Virus record (IMG/VR): IMGVR_UViG_2579779116_000018
Span: 1 to 37,371 of that record
Direction: 5' to 3' (one strand)
Length of the DNA stretch: 37,371 nt
Source of the DNA: a virus
Lineage: Duplodnaviria > Heunggongvirae > Uroviricota > Caudoviricetes
A model generated the notes under the pieces. That model did not search any database and was not told the DNA's origin. It saw only the letters and a program-made list of their open reading frames with translations. A program made the translations under genes and the position numbers. This document shows, piece by piece, positions 18,281 through 26,749 of this stretch (positions are counted from its first letter, which is position 1; each line of letters opens with the position of its first letter).

Positions 18281-18787
18281 TTAAGAGATTTTCAAAGTCT
18301 GCTTAGTGCCAGTCTTCTTAATGTTATTGAGGAAAGCAGCCGGAGGATTGCTTAACCAATAGTAATGAAAACCGCTTTGCATACTGTTATAAGGAACAGT
18401 GACAGCAGCACCACCCAAATTAACGGTTATATTCCCCGCTCTACCGTTCTGGAGATATACAGCCATAGTAGGAGTACCGCCATTGAATTGACCAACGATA
18501 ACGCCAACCAGATGGCCTACGCCCACGTTTTCGGGGTTCTCCATAGATCCTTTACCGCGCATGTCAGTTACTGGATAGTTTGAAGCAGTTACACCCCAGT
18601 TATTACCCAATGAAGTAGACCATGCAGCAGTAGCAACAACCGTATCCATACCACGACCAGCCATTGCCGACATATTACGCGGAGCCGGAACTTTTAAAGC
18701 TGTTAATGCTTCTTTCATCCATCGCTTACCCGTCACTGATACAGCCGATGACCCGATCCAGCCGGGAACTTTAACGACATTTGCCAT
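18281..18787 (-). CDS. hypothetical structural protein (168 aa)
   Basis: Gly-rich protein between the tail tube candidate and the chaperones; RBS GGAG; function unknown. Confidence 0.55.
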   Translation of the reverse strand: MANVVKVPGWIGSSAVSVTGKRWMKEALTALKVPAPRNMSAMAGRGMDTVVATAAWSTSLGNNWGVTASNYPVTDMRGKGSMENPENVGVGHLVGVIVGQFNGGTPTMAVYLQNGRAGNITVNLGGAAVTVPYNSMQSGFHYYWLSNPPAAFLNNIKKTGTKQTLKIS

Positions 18788-18802
18788 TTTGATTACTCCA
18801 AT

Positions 18803-18829
18803 AAAAAAGCCCCACCATTAAGGCAGGGC
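18803..18829 (-). terminator. intrinsic terminator (copy 1 of an identical pair)
   Basis: Minus-strand RNA GCCCUGCC-uuaa-GGUGGGGC (two G-U pairs) followed by UUUUUU; the same 27 nt recurs at 24578-24604. Confidence 0.7.
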
Positions 18830-18946
18830 TTATAATTAATCTTTAGCCTTGCGGCTTCGTTTAGCTGTGGCTTTCGCCGTAACAACCTCAATTTCAGGAA
18901 TCACCGTAGGTTCATCTTGAATTGGCTGGGGTTGTTCTTCGAAAGT

Positions 18947-19423
18947 TCAACCACCAGCGGTAAACACTTCCTGTTTGATCGGAGCACCATCAACAGCAAA
19001 GGTATATTCTTTAGTTACGACTTCTTCATCGCCACCCTGCATAGCCGCTTTAGAGATAAAGCCGTTGAAAGCGGTGCGAATACCAGTCTGCTTACCAGCA
19101 TCAACATAATATTCAATCTTAATCTGAATACGCGTGCCATCTTCGGCTGCCTTATCCAGTTTAGCGTGTACCGCATCACCTGGGATGTAGTTAACGGTCA
19201 GAGTCAGATCAGGAACGTTCAGTTTCCCTACCAGTTTACGGTTATACTGAGAAGAGAAGGATTTAACTTCTACAGTACCGCGTTCGATAGCAGTTTCAGG
19301 GAAGCCAGCGCACTCTTTAATTTCTTCGTAACCGGAGTGATCGAGAGTGGTATTAGTGGTATCCGCGTGATAGAACAGACTTACCAGACCACCAGTAAAA
19401 ATATCTTTAAATTGCTGAGACAT
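18947..19423 (-). CDS. putative major tail tube protein (158 aa)
   Basis: Size and position upstream of G/T chaperones; strong RBS AAGGGGTAATT; followed by the same terminator module as the capsid gene, consistent with a highly expressed major structural protein. Family not confirmed. Confidence 0.6.
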   Translation of the reverse strand: MSQQFKDIFTGGLVSLFYHADTTNTTLDHSGYEEIKECAGFPETAIERGTVEVKSFSSQYNRKLVGKLNVPDLTLTVNYIPGDAVHAKLDKAAEDGTRIQIKIEYYVDAGKQTGIRTAFNGFISKAAMQGGDEEVVTKEYTFAVDGAPIKQEVFTAGG

Positions 19424-19452
19424 AGAATTACCCCTTAATTAAATTGTTATTA

Positions 19453-19471
19453 CGGGGGAACTAGTCCCCCG
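19453..19471. other. GC-rich intergenic hairpin CGGGGGA-actag-TCCCCCG
   Basis: Perfect 7 bp stem between the fibre stop and the tail tube start; a similar hairpin occurs at 36743-36761. Confidence 0.4.
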
Positions 19472-19478
19472 ACTTTTA

Positions 19479-22400
19479 TTATTTAGTTGCTTTGAGTTCG
19501 GCTAATTCAGCTTTCGTTTCGGCAAGTTCTTTAGCCATAGCATCAAACTTAGCGCTCATTTCCTGAAACGCCTTAATTAAAAGAGCGTTGACAGCAGAGT
19601 TAGAAATTGTTAAGATCTCTTCTGGCTTATCAGGATCGCCGATCTTAGAAGTTGTTACTGCTTCCGGCAATTCTTTTTCAAGATCCTGAGCAATAATACC
19701 AACTTCATGAGCGATAACAGTGCGGTCCGTCAAAGACTTAACCTTATCGTAGGTGTACACAGTCAAGCGATTAACTTTATCGGTGGCATTCTCCTTATAC
19801 TCTTCCTTGTTGATTTTCAGACGAGCATCAGAACGAATATAAACATCGTTAAAGTTACCATTGCGTCCAGCTTGGAAATCACCGGAGGCGTTAAAGTCAA
19901 AGTTTGTGGTATGGATATGAAGACGTGCCATAGCATTAGTAATAACACCACTAGGAACGTGTACACCCATTGCCGCGATGTGGTCTAAACCCCATTTGGT
20001 CGCTTTCCATACGTTATATGCGGAAGTTTGAGCATTAGGACAATCAACCAATAAGCCAGCAGCGCGAGTTTTCCATTCTGACCATGCACCACCTTGTACT
20101 TCTCCGCGAATCAAACCACGGTCGCTACCGTTTGCATACCCACGTTCTAAGCGAATCATACCAGTCTGGAAAACATGGTCAAATTCTCCGCTGTTATAGT
20201 TTCGAATGCGCATTTGACCTGAGCCATCACCCCAGATAACACCACGGTTAGTACCATTAGCATCCTTAAACCAGAGTTCTTTATTACCATCTCTATACAT
20301 CTGAATTTGGTTATTGGTACGCAAAACATTAGTAACCACCAAATCACCATTTATCCGAGCACGACCACCCGTTTCTAAACTACCAGCAACTCTGAATTGA
20401 ATCGAACCGTTAGAATCACGCTGAGAATATAGATGATAGCTTGTTTCGTCAGCAAGTTCCCACACCTGAGCGCGAGTTTCATTACCCCAAGATTTAACAA
20501 AGAATACAGATTTCGATCCTTCGTCGTTACGTTCCCAATACAGTCTGCTTCCAAGATGTGTGGTTGCGTTCACTTCAACTCGTTTACGTTCGTTGTTGAG
20601 ACGCATTAAATGATTACCAGCATCGCTACCACCTAGTGTAACGTTACCATTGGCTAGGCTATAGATGAACGGCCTAAAGGTATTCCACGGACCCATAGTG
20701 TCGCCTGATTTTGTGCTCATCAGATAAACGTTACTACCGTCATTTCGCCACCATGAACCATAGTTACCATATACAGTACGGAAGCCATCAGCATATAAAG
20801 AAATGAATTGACCGTTAGTATAAACTCGCTTCATATTGCCAGTTTGAAGTTCTATCTGGCCGTCAATATGTTGACGAATAGAACTACCGCCTACATCACT
20901 ATACCATTCAAAAACGTTAGTATCAGCATTGGCATAACCGATCCATCCTTGACGAGTAATATCTCCAGTACGATTATCTTGAAACGCAATATGGTTGGAT
21001 TGACCAGCAGGTCGGCGTAGTGTAATGGCATTAGATCCGCCATTTAACAGCATACGACCAGAAATAATATTACCTTTATGAGTCCCAGCAATAGAGCTAC
21101 TAGATTCAACGGTTAGAATATCCTGAGCATCAGTGGCACCAGTAGCCAGACGATAGCTGGCACCTTGAACAGTCTCATGCCAGATCATTTCATTATAGTT
21201 ACTACGGAATTTACGAATATATTTCCGTCCAGTACCTCTATCATTGCTTAGATGAACAATGTCATAGCTGTTTTGTGTATTGTCGTCAAAACTCAACACA
21301 CCACGTTTATTTTCGGTGTTGAAAAGAGTTACGTTGCGACCACCGATAACACCAACGGAAGGTTTAATTAACGTGGCTTCCGGCGTATCATAAACCGTCA
21401 AACTTACATAAACAGATTTCCCATATTCGACAATAACGTTATCGGTATAACGCTGATATTTCACGTAGATATCATAGTTATCACCGGAAGTATTGACAGC
21501 AAATACCTCAAAATCTTTGTTTGTATTTCTACGGTATGCAATTACGTTAAGACCTTTAGGTCTATCGTTACCACTACGCAGAAGAATTTCTACTACGTCA
21601 ACCTGATCATATGCCGTAACGCTGTAACCATTACCACCATGAATACGGAAAAACACACTACGCCCGTTTTGTGGAATTGTTGCGGTTGCCAATTTGAAAT
21701 ATGCAGATACGTTTTCGCTAGAATTAGGAACAGACATAACGACGTTTTTAACAAACATCTTATCAACTTCTGCTTTAGTGTATGCACCAATCTCGCCAGG
21801 AGTCGGCTTATCACCTTCGTGATACATCTTATAGCTAAAGTTCTTCTGTCCTTCTCTATCAAAACCATAGGTTTCAACACGAGATCCACCAGACGCATAA
21901 CGGAAAGTAAATCCGCGACCGTGCGCTTTACCGGCAGAATGAGGAACGTTAAGGGTCAGATCCATGAGTCCATCTTGTCCATTGGTACGGAAAGCACCAA
22001 AGTAGTTAAGATCTCGCGCTGTCTGATCTTCCAGATAGTTAGCTGTCTTGCTTAACAAATACCCGCCATGCTTAGTATTGGTATTCTTCTTGATGTAAGC
22101 AGCATCGGCACTACCTTCAATAGAATCAATTCGCTGGTTAGCTGCGGCAATTGCGGCATCAGTAGAAGATTTATTCTGGTCTACCTTGTTGTTAATAGCG
22201 GTATGGTTGCTGTTAACAGTGCCAGTAAGGTTACTGATTTTAGTATCAGCATCTTTCTTGTTGTCGGAAACGACCTTTTCAATCGCTGTTTTGTTAGCTG
22301 CAACCGTGCTAGTTAAGCTAGAAATTTTGTTATCTGCATCGGTTTTATTTGCAGTAACAGTTTTAGTTAAGTTGCTAACGTTGGTGTTAGTGGTATTAAC

Positions 22401-22928
22401 TTTGTTGTTAATCGCGGTGTTATTGTCATTAACCGTCGTGGTTAAAGCTGCGATTTTATTGTCCGCATCTCGTTTATTATTTGCTACAGTAGTTTCTATA
22501 GCTGATTTGTTAGATGCAACTGTCCCTGTAAGGTTATTGATCTTAGTATCAGCATCGGTTTTATTTGCCGTGACTGTCTGGGTTAAGTTACTAACCGTGG
22601 TGTTAGTAGCATCAATGCGCTTATTGGTCGCTGTATCTTTCGTGGTAATAGTCTGATTCAGTTCAGCTTTAGCACTAGCCAGATTATTAGCGGCTTCTTG
22701 TTTGTTGGAAGCAATAACACGGTCAGTGCTAGTTTTGTTATTGTCTACTTTCGTATTCAGTTCAGCGTGTTTTTCTGGAGAAACACTAATTTGGACTACG
22801 TTATTATTTTTGTCTTTGGTGTAAATCACATGATCCGCCAACTGTAAGGCGATTTCACCCTGTGATAATTGTTCCGGCGTTGGTTTTTTACCAGCCGTTT
22901 GTGTGCGTTTAAATTGGATTGATTGCAT
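19479..22928 (-). CDS. fibre protein with C-terminal intramolecular chaperone (peptidase S74) domain (1149 aa)
   Basis: C-terminus SDARLKINKEEY...VIAHEVGIIAQDLEKELPEAV...LLIKAFQEM matches the auto-cleaving chaperone domain of T5 L-shaped fibre / endosialidase type; N-terminal third is Thr/Asn-rich tandem repeats; KPTPGEIGAYTKAEVD motif. Confidence 0.85.
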   Translation of the reverse strand: MQSIQFKRTQTAGKKPTPEQLSQGEIALQLADHVIYTKDKNNNVVQISVSPEKHAELNTKVDNNKTSTDRVIASNKQEAANNLASAKAELNQTITTKDTATNKRIDATNTTVSNLTQTVTANKTDADTKINNLTGTVASNKSAIETTVANNKRDADNKIAALTTTVNDNNTAINNKVNTTNTNVSNLTKTVTANKTDADNKISSLTSTVAANKTAIEKVVSDNKKDADTKISNLTGTVNSNHTAINNKVDQNKSSTDAAIAAANQRIDSIEGSADAAYIKKNTNTKHGGYLLSKTANYLEDQTARDLNYFGAFRTNGQDGLMDLTLNVPHSAGKAHGRGFTFRYASGGSRVETYGFDREGQKNFSYKMYHEGDKPTPGEIGAYTKAEVDKMFVKNVVMSVPNSSENVSAYFKLATATIPQNGRSVFFRIHGGNGYSVTAYDQVDVVEILLRSGNDRPKGLNVIAYRRNTNKDFEVFAVNTSGDNYDIYVKYQRYTDNVIVEYGKSVYVSLTVYDTPEATLIKPSVGVIGGRNVTLFNTENKRGVLSFDDNTQNSYDIVHLSNDRGTGRKYIRKFRSNYNEMIWHETVQGASYRLATGATDAQDILTVESSSSIAGTHKGNIISGRMLLNGGSNAITLRRPAGQSNHIAFQDNRTGDITRQGWIGYANADTNVFEWYSDVGGSSIRQHIDGQIELQTGNMKRVYTNGQFISLYADGFRTVYGNYGSWWRNDGSNVYLMSTKSGDTMGPWNTFRPFIYSLANGNVTLGGSDAGNHLMRLNNERKRVEVNATTHLGSRLYWERNDEGSKSVFFVKSWGNETRAQVWELADETSYHLYSQRDSNGSIQFRVAGSLETGGRARINGDLVVTNVLRTNNQIQMYRDGNKELWFKDANGTNRGVIWGDGSGQMRIRNYNSGEFDHVFQTGMIRLERGYANGSDRGLIRGEVQGGAWSEWKTRAAGLLVDCPNAQTSAYNVWKATKWGLDHIAAMGVHVPSGVITNAMARLHIHTTNFDFNASGDFQAGRNGNFNDVYIRSDARLKINKEEYKENATDKVNRLTVYTYDKVKSLTDRTVIAHEVGIIAQDLEKELPEAVTTSKIGDPDKPEEILTISNSAVNALLIKAFQEMSAKFDAMAKELAETKAELAELKATK
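22070..22720 (-). repeat. in-frame tandem coding repeats within the fibre gene
   Basis: Protein-level repeats of the type TVTANKTDADTKI(N/S)NLTGTV..N.TAIN(N)KV recur several times; nucleotide repeats visible. Approximate bounds. Confidence 0.6.
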
Positions 22929-22944
22929 CTAGAATCACCTCACT

Positions 22945-22977
22945 ATAAAACAGGAATAAGGGAGGCGTTAACCTCCC
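22945..22977 (-). terminator. terminator-like hairpin upstream of the fibre gene
   Basis: Minus-strand GGGAGG-uuaacg-CCUCCC followed by UUAUUCCUGUUUUAU. Confidence 0.45.
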
Positions 22978-23007
22978 AACGTTCATGTTTTATTTAGGTA
23001 AGCAATC

Positions 23008-23841
23008 TTAATACTCACCGAAATCGATCCGGTCAGTCTTAGCCACTGCGCCAATTTCGCTAGGTGTCGGTTTCTCATTGGTGGAATATACCTTGATCCA
23101 TTCAGAACGACCGTTTTCCTGAATATTTCGGACACGTAAACGCGGTGCGCCAGAAGTATTACAGGTTAATTGCCATGCGCCATGCTCATTAGCTTGAAGG
23201 TGAATTAATGCTGTGTCGGTTGAATATGGATTACCGCTAGCAGTTCCCTTGTAAGTTACGAAACGGTTTCCGGCTAATGCCTCGCTATCAATCGGACCCG
23301 TGAAAGGATTTACACCAGCACCGATACCAAAATCACCCTGACGTAAGATACGGCCTTCGGTCGCTATACCCCTTGCTAGAATCCCGCCATCTGGTTCAAG
23401 TTTAAATTCCAGTGTTACAGCTTTGTTATCACTACCACGGGTTTTATGTGATGTGACGTAAGCATCATAGATGACATAGTAACCAGTGTTAGCAGCACTA
23501 TAGCCAGAGTTCACAACATAGAACATACGGAAGCGTAAAGGTGTTTTATCCTCTACCGCTTTCATCAACATTGCTTGATGTTCATCGTCAAGAACACGGT
23601 TTAACGTGAGTGTCGTCGGTTCCAGTCTACGATAACCAGCAAGTTTCCCCGTAGCGTCCTGATCGTACTCTTCCAGAGTTTCTATCTCTGTGGATTCGGT
23701 TAGCGTAGGGAATGCTGCGACGTTCTCAATAGAACTAAAACTAGGATCGAAAAAGTCGACCTGATTGTCTATCTGGTTAGAGATCGACACTTCAACATGT
23801 GATCCAGTGAAAATATCTAAGTTATCTTGTGTAATATTCAT
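23008..23841 (-). CDS. structural protein (277 aa), possibly neck/collar or fibre-associated
   Basis: RBS AAGGGGTAATA; C-terminal EKPTPSEIGA motif shared with the downstream fibre; role not determined. Confidence 0.6.
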   Translation of the reverse strand: MNITQDNLDIFTGSHVEVSISNQIDNQVDFFDPSFSSIENVAAFPTLTESTEIETLEEYDQDATGKLAGYRRLEPTTLTLNRVLDDEHQAMLMKAVEDKTPLRFRMFYVVNSGYSAANTGYYVIYDAYVTSHKTRGSDNKAVTLEFKLEPDGGILARGIATEGRILRQGDFGIGAGVNPFTGPIDSEALAGNRFVTYKGTASGNPYSTDTALIHLQANEHGAWQLTCNTSGAPRLRVRNIQENGRSEWIKVYSTNEKPTPSEIGAVAKTDRIDFGEY

Positions 23842-23850
23842 TATTACCCC

Positions 23851-24273
23851 TTAAAAACGCGCTAGATAAGAAAATTTAAGGCTAAGTGTCCCAACGATAC
23901 CACCATCACTAGAATCATCGTCATAATCGGTATTAGAGGCTACTGGAGTGATATCTGAAATTGAGAAGCCCAAATCTTTAAAACGTGGGTTATCCGGCTG
24001 AATCTGGATTATCTGGCAAATACCCTCATGAATTTTGGTTTCATGAATCTGAGAATATAATTGCATTTCGATAACGCATTCAGCTTGCATTGCATTACCA
24101 CCACGAACACGCGTATAAGTTTCATTCATGCCAGTGATCCAACAAACCACGTCATCACTAAAGCCTTGCTGAGTTTGTTCTACGTTTAAAGCCAGACCTA
24201 AATCTTGTTCGATAATATCTTGCAAGGCGCGTTTGATTTTCAGTCTAGGCATATTATTAACGGTAGCGAGCAT
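23851..24273 (-). CDS. head-tail connector protein candidate (about 140 aa)
   Basis: Start placed at internal ATG 24271-24273 with RBS AGGGGGT; small protein directly after the capsid gene region, typical position of head completion proteins. Confidence 0.5.
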   Translation of the reverse strand: MLATVNNMPRLKIKRALQDIIEQDLGLALNVEQTQQGFSDDVVCWITGMNETYTRVRGGNAMQAECVIEMQLYSQIHETKIHEGICQIIQIQPDNPRFKDLGFSISDITPVASNTDYDDDSSDGGIVGTLSLKFSYLARF

Positions 24274-24547
24274 GTGTACCCCCTGCCAGAGTGATAAAGC
24301 AATCAGAAGTATTATCACCATTGCGCTTAACGTATTGAACTTTGAAACGCTGATTTTCTACAATGACAATATCACCCTGCTTTAAGTCTCCCTCACGACA
24401 AAATAGAAATTCTGTCTCTGTCATTACCCCTTGTTCGTCGGTAGTAGTAATTTCATGATAAGCACGAATTGATTTACCACCTTCCACCGAAAATACAGGA
24501 GCACTCTTAAACATTCTTGATAATTGTGATTCTGATAATTTGAACAT
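24257..24547 (-). CDS. head-tail connector protein candidate (96 aa)
   Basis: RBS AAGGGGGTAACT; first gene after the capsid terminator; typical position of a head-tail adaptor. Confidence 0.5.
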   Translation of the reverse strand: MFKLSESQLSRMFKSAPVFSVEGGKSIRAYHEITTTDEQGVMTETEFLFCREGDLKQGDIVIVENQRFKVQYVKRNGDNTSDCFITLAGGTHARYR

Positions 24548-24577
24548 AGTTACCCCCTTTATGGAGTATTTACATAC

Positions 24578-24604
24578 AAAAAAGCCCCACCATTAAGGCA
24601 GGGC
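24578..24604 (-). terminator. intrinsic terminator (copy 2 of an identical pair)
   Basis: Identical 27 nt to 18803-18829: GCCCUGCC-uuaa-GGUGGGGC then UUUUUU, immediately downstream of the capsid gene. Confidence 0.7.
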
Positions 24605-24697
24605 TAATTATTATTTTGCTTTCGGTGGACGTCCCACCTTTTTAGCTGTGGCTTTCGCCGTAACTACCGGAATTTCTTCCGGCAATTCTTCGTTATT

Positions 24698-26704
24698 TCA
24701 CTCTTCGCCCATTTTCAGAACTTTCAGAGCTTCCGGCTGAACTACGGTGAAGTCCAGGTCTACCCAGATACGCGGAACGATAGCAGACTGTGCGCGGTAA
24801 GTGGTGTCATCCATATCCAGTTCCAGACCACCCCATTCACCGATCATGATACCGGAGAAGTCACCCAGAACGATGTGGTCTGCCGGAATAACGCCAGAAG
24901 TAACTACATCGTAACCAGCCAGTTTGCCGTTTTCGATGATATAACCGGAAACGCCGTTATCTTTCAGGGTAGATTCCAGTTCAGCAGCAGTTGCACCGCT
25001 CATTGCAAACTTGATGGACTGTGCCGGAACGCCAGCGTCGGTCAGTGCTGCAATTTCTTTCAGGAAGTCTTTGTAAGAGAAGGCAGTTTTCTTAGTAACG
25101 CGACCACCGTCTACCAGTTGCTTAACCAGACCAGCCGGACCACGAGTATTATCTTTGTCAGACAGAATCAGTTGTTCCAGTTTGATCCGAACAGCTTTGT
25201 TAATGTGATCAGTGATCAGGGTAGCGATGCCGGGAACTTGCTTGATGCTCGCTCTGCTAATCGGGTTGCCTCCAGCAAACGTCTTAGGAGACATTTTCAC
25301 GTTCGAAAAGGTAGCCTTCGACTCGGGGGCACTTCCATTTTCATCAACAAAACCAAAGGCTTCGACGCTGGAAGCAGTCATTTTTGGTACTGCAATCGGG
25401 CTATTCAGACCAGACAGAACAGTCACACCCAGACGACCCAGACACGAAGCAGGAAGCAGCATTTCGATGTAGGATTCAGTCAGCAGTTTTTCATCGGTGA
25501 TAGCAGTCAGGTCAGCTTTGGTGTTGCCAGCAGCAGCAGCACGCATAGCAGCAGCCGGAACGAATACAGAGCCACCACGAGCAGCACGACCACGCTGCAT
25601 TGCAGCACCAGCAGCCATAGCGGAATATTCAGCTTCGTTAGCACCCAGAGCAGCACCATCTACCAGAGAGCGAATTACGTTGTTCAGGTCAAAAGTTTTT
25701 TCCATGTTTTTTTCCTTATTAATTTGTTCGTTATTACGTTGAGCATTGGTAATGTTATTTAGTGCCTTAGTGCGGAATGCTTCCGGCGTCATGTCTTTAA
25801 TTGCCAATGCGCGTTTCAATTCTTCGTCGTCAATATTTAGTTCGCGTGCAATTTCGCGAATTTCTAATTCGTCTTCTTCGGAACGTTCAGCCACTTCTTC
25901 GATTTTTTCTTCTTCAATCGGAGCGGCTTCACGTTCTTCTTTTACTTCTTCTTCTTCCCGAACAGTTGAACTATCATCATCAACACTTTCAGGATGTTCA
26001 GCGTCTTTTCCGTCTTCGAGATTTTCATCTTCTTTATTCTCTTCAACTTGGCGCTCTTGAGTTTCTTCAACTTCCGATTCTTTATTTTCTTCTACCGGAG
26101 TTTCTTCAACCTGAGCGGATTCTTGTTCTTCTTTGATTTCTTCGATTTGTTCTTTAGTCATATCGCGTTTAGCCCCCAAATTAACTGTGATAGTATTTAG
26201 AGAGCGATTTAAACCGACCGAATCATCGGCAGGGACCGTCACAAATGAAATTTCAAAAGGCGCCCACTTAGTAACAATCAATTGCCCTTTGGTGTAGTCG
26301 ATGTGATATTCTTTAATGTCATAACCGACAGAAATTTTTTCCATCGTACCTTCAATGACTTTATTGCGAATATCATTAGCCAAAGTGCCATGCTTAGAGA
26401 ATTTAACCAGAGCACGACCTACGTTATCCGTATCGATTCGAGCGTCGCAGACTACACCAATGTGATTATCGAAATTATGATTGAACAGCAACGGAGCGTT
26501 ATTATTCAGACGAGACAGATCAACCGCTTCCGGTGTATGTACCAGAATTTCATCTAATACCACCATTTCTTGATTTTGCTCATCCCAGAATTGGCGCTGG
26601 TAAGGCTGGGTACTGGAGAAAGCAATTTCAAATTCGTATTGATCGTTATGCCCTTCATTAATAACTCCACCGTAACCGTTAAGATCGCGGCGAAATTTAA
26701 GCAT
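24698..26704 (-). CDS. prohead protease (S78-like) - scaffold-like linker - HK97-fold major capsid protein fusion (668 aa)
   Basis: N-terminal domain with PLLFNHNFDNHIGVV, KISVGYDIKEYHID and FEISFVTVPADD (caudoviral prohead protease signature); Glu-rich about 120 aa linker; C-terminal about 350 aa typical of HK97-type capsid proteins; single uninterrupted ORF. Confidence 0.85.
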   Translation of the reverse strand: MLKFRRDLNGYGGVINEGHNDQYEFEIAFSSTQPYQRQFWDEQNQEMVVLDEILVHTPEAVDLSRLNNNAPLLFNHNFDNHIGVVCDARIDTDNVGRALVKFSKHGTLANDIRNKVIEGTMEKISVGYDIKEYHIDYTKGQLIVTKWAPFEISFVTVPADDSVGLNRSLNTITVNLGAKRDMTKEQIEEIKEEQESAQVEETPVEENKESEVEETQERQVEENKEDENLEDGKDAEHPESVDDDSSTVREEEEVKEEREAAPIEEEKIEEVAERSEEDELEIREIARELNIDDEELKRALAIKDMTPEAFRTKALNNITNAQRNNEQINKEKNMEKTFDLNNVIRSLVDGAALGANEAEYSAMAAGAAMQRGRAARGGSVFVPAAAMRAAAAGNTKADLTAITDEKLLTESYIEMLLPASCLGRLGVTVLSGLNSPIAVPKMTASSVEAFGFVDENGSAPESKATFSNVKMSPKTFAGGNPISRASIKQVPGIATLITDHINKAVRIKLEQLILSDKDNTRGPAGLVKQLVDGGRVTKKTAFSYKDFLKEIAALTDAGVPAQSIKFAMSGATAAELESTLKDNGVSGYIIENGKLAGYDVVTSGVIPADHIVLGDFSGIMIGEWGGLELDMDDTTYRAQSAIVPRIWVDLDFTVVQPEALKVLKMGEE

Positions 26705-26723
26705 TTAATCACCTTTAATTAAT

Positions 26724-26740
26724 TGGGGGCATTGCGCCCC
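26724..26740 (-). other. GC hairpin GGGGGC-attgc-GCCCCC between portal and capsid genes
   Basis: Perfect 6 bp G/C stem in the 45 nt intergenic spacer; no clear U-tract. Confidence 0.35.
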
Positions 26741-26749
26741 CGTTGGTTA

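Noticed and set aside
18917-19438. 173 aa plus-strand ORF overlapping the tail tube gene
   Set aside because: Opposite to the operon direction, no RBS; the minus-strand ORF has a strong RBS and terminator.
21593-22656. ORFs 21593-21898 (minus, off-frame), 21639-22055, 22068-22316 and 22186-22656 (plus) within the fibre gene
   Set aside because: Overlap the long fibre ORF whose C-terminal S74 domain confirms the reading frame; the overlapping ORFs arise from the repetitive Thr/Asn-rich coding repeats.
24875-26200. Plus-strand ORFs 24875-25762, 25212-25472, 25497-25742, 25746-26060, 25801-26136 and 25994-26200 inside the capsid fusion gene
   Set aside because: All antisense to the protease-capsid ORF; products are Ser/Leu/Phe-rich low-complexity strings typical of the reverse strand of a Glu/Ala-rich coding region.
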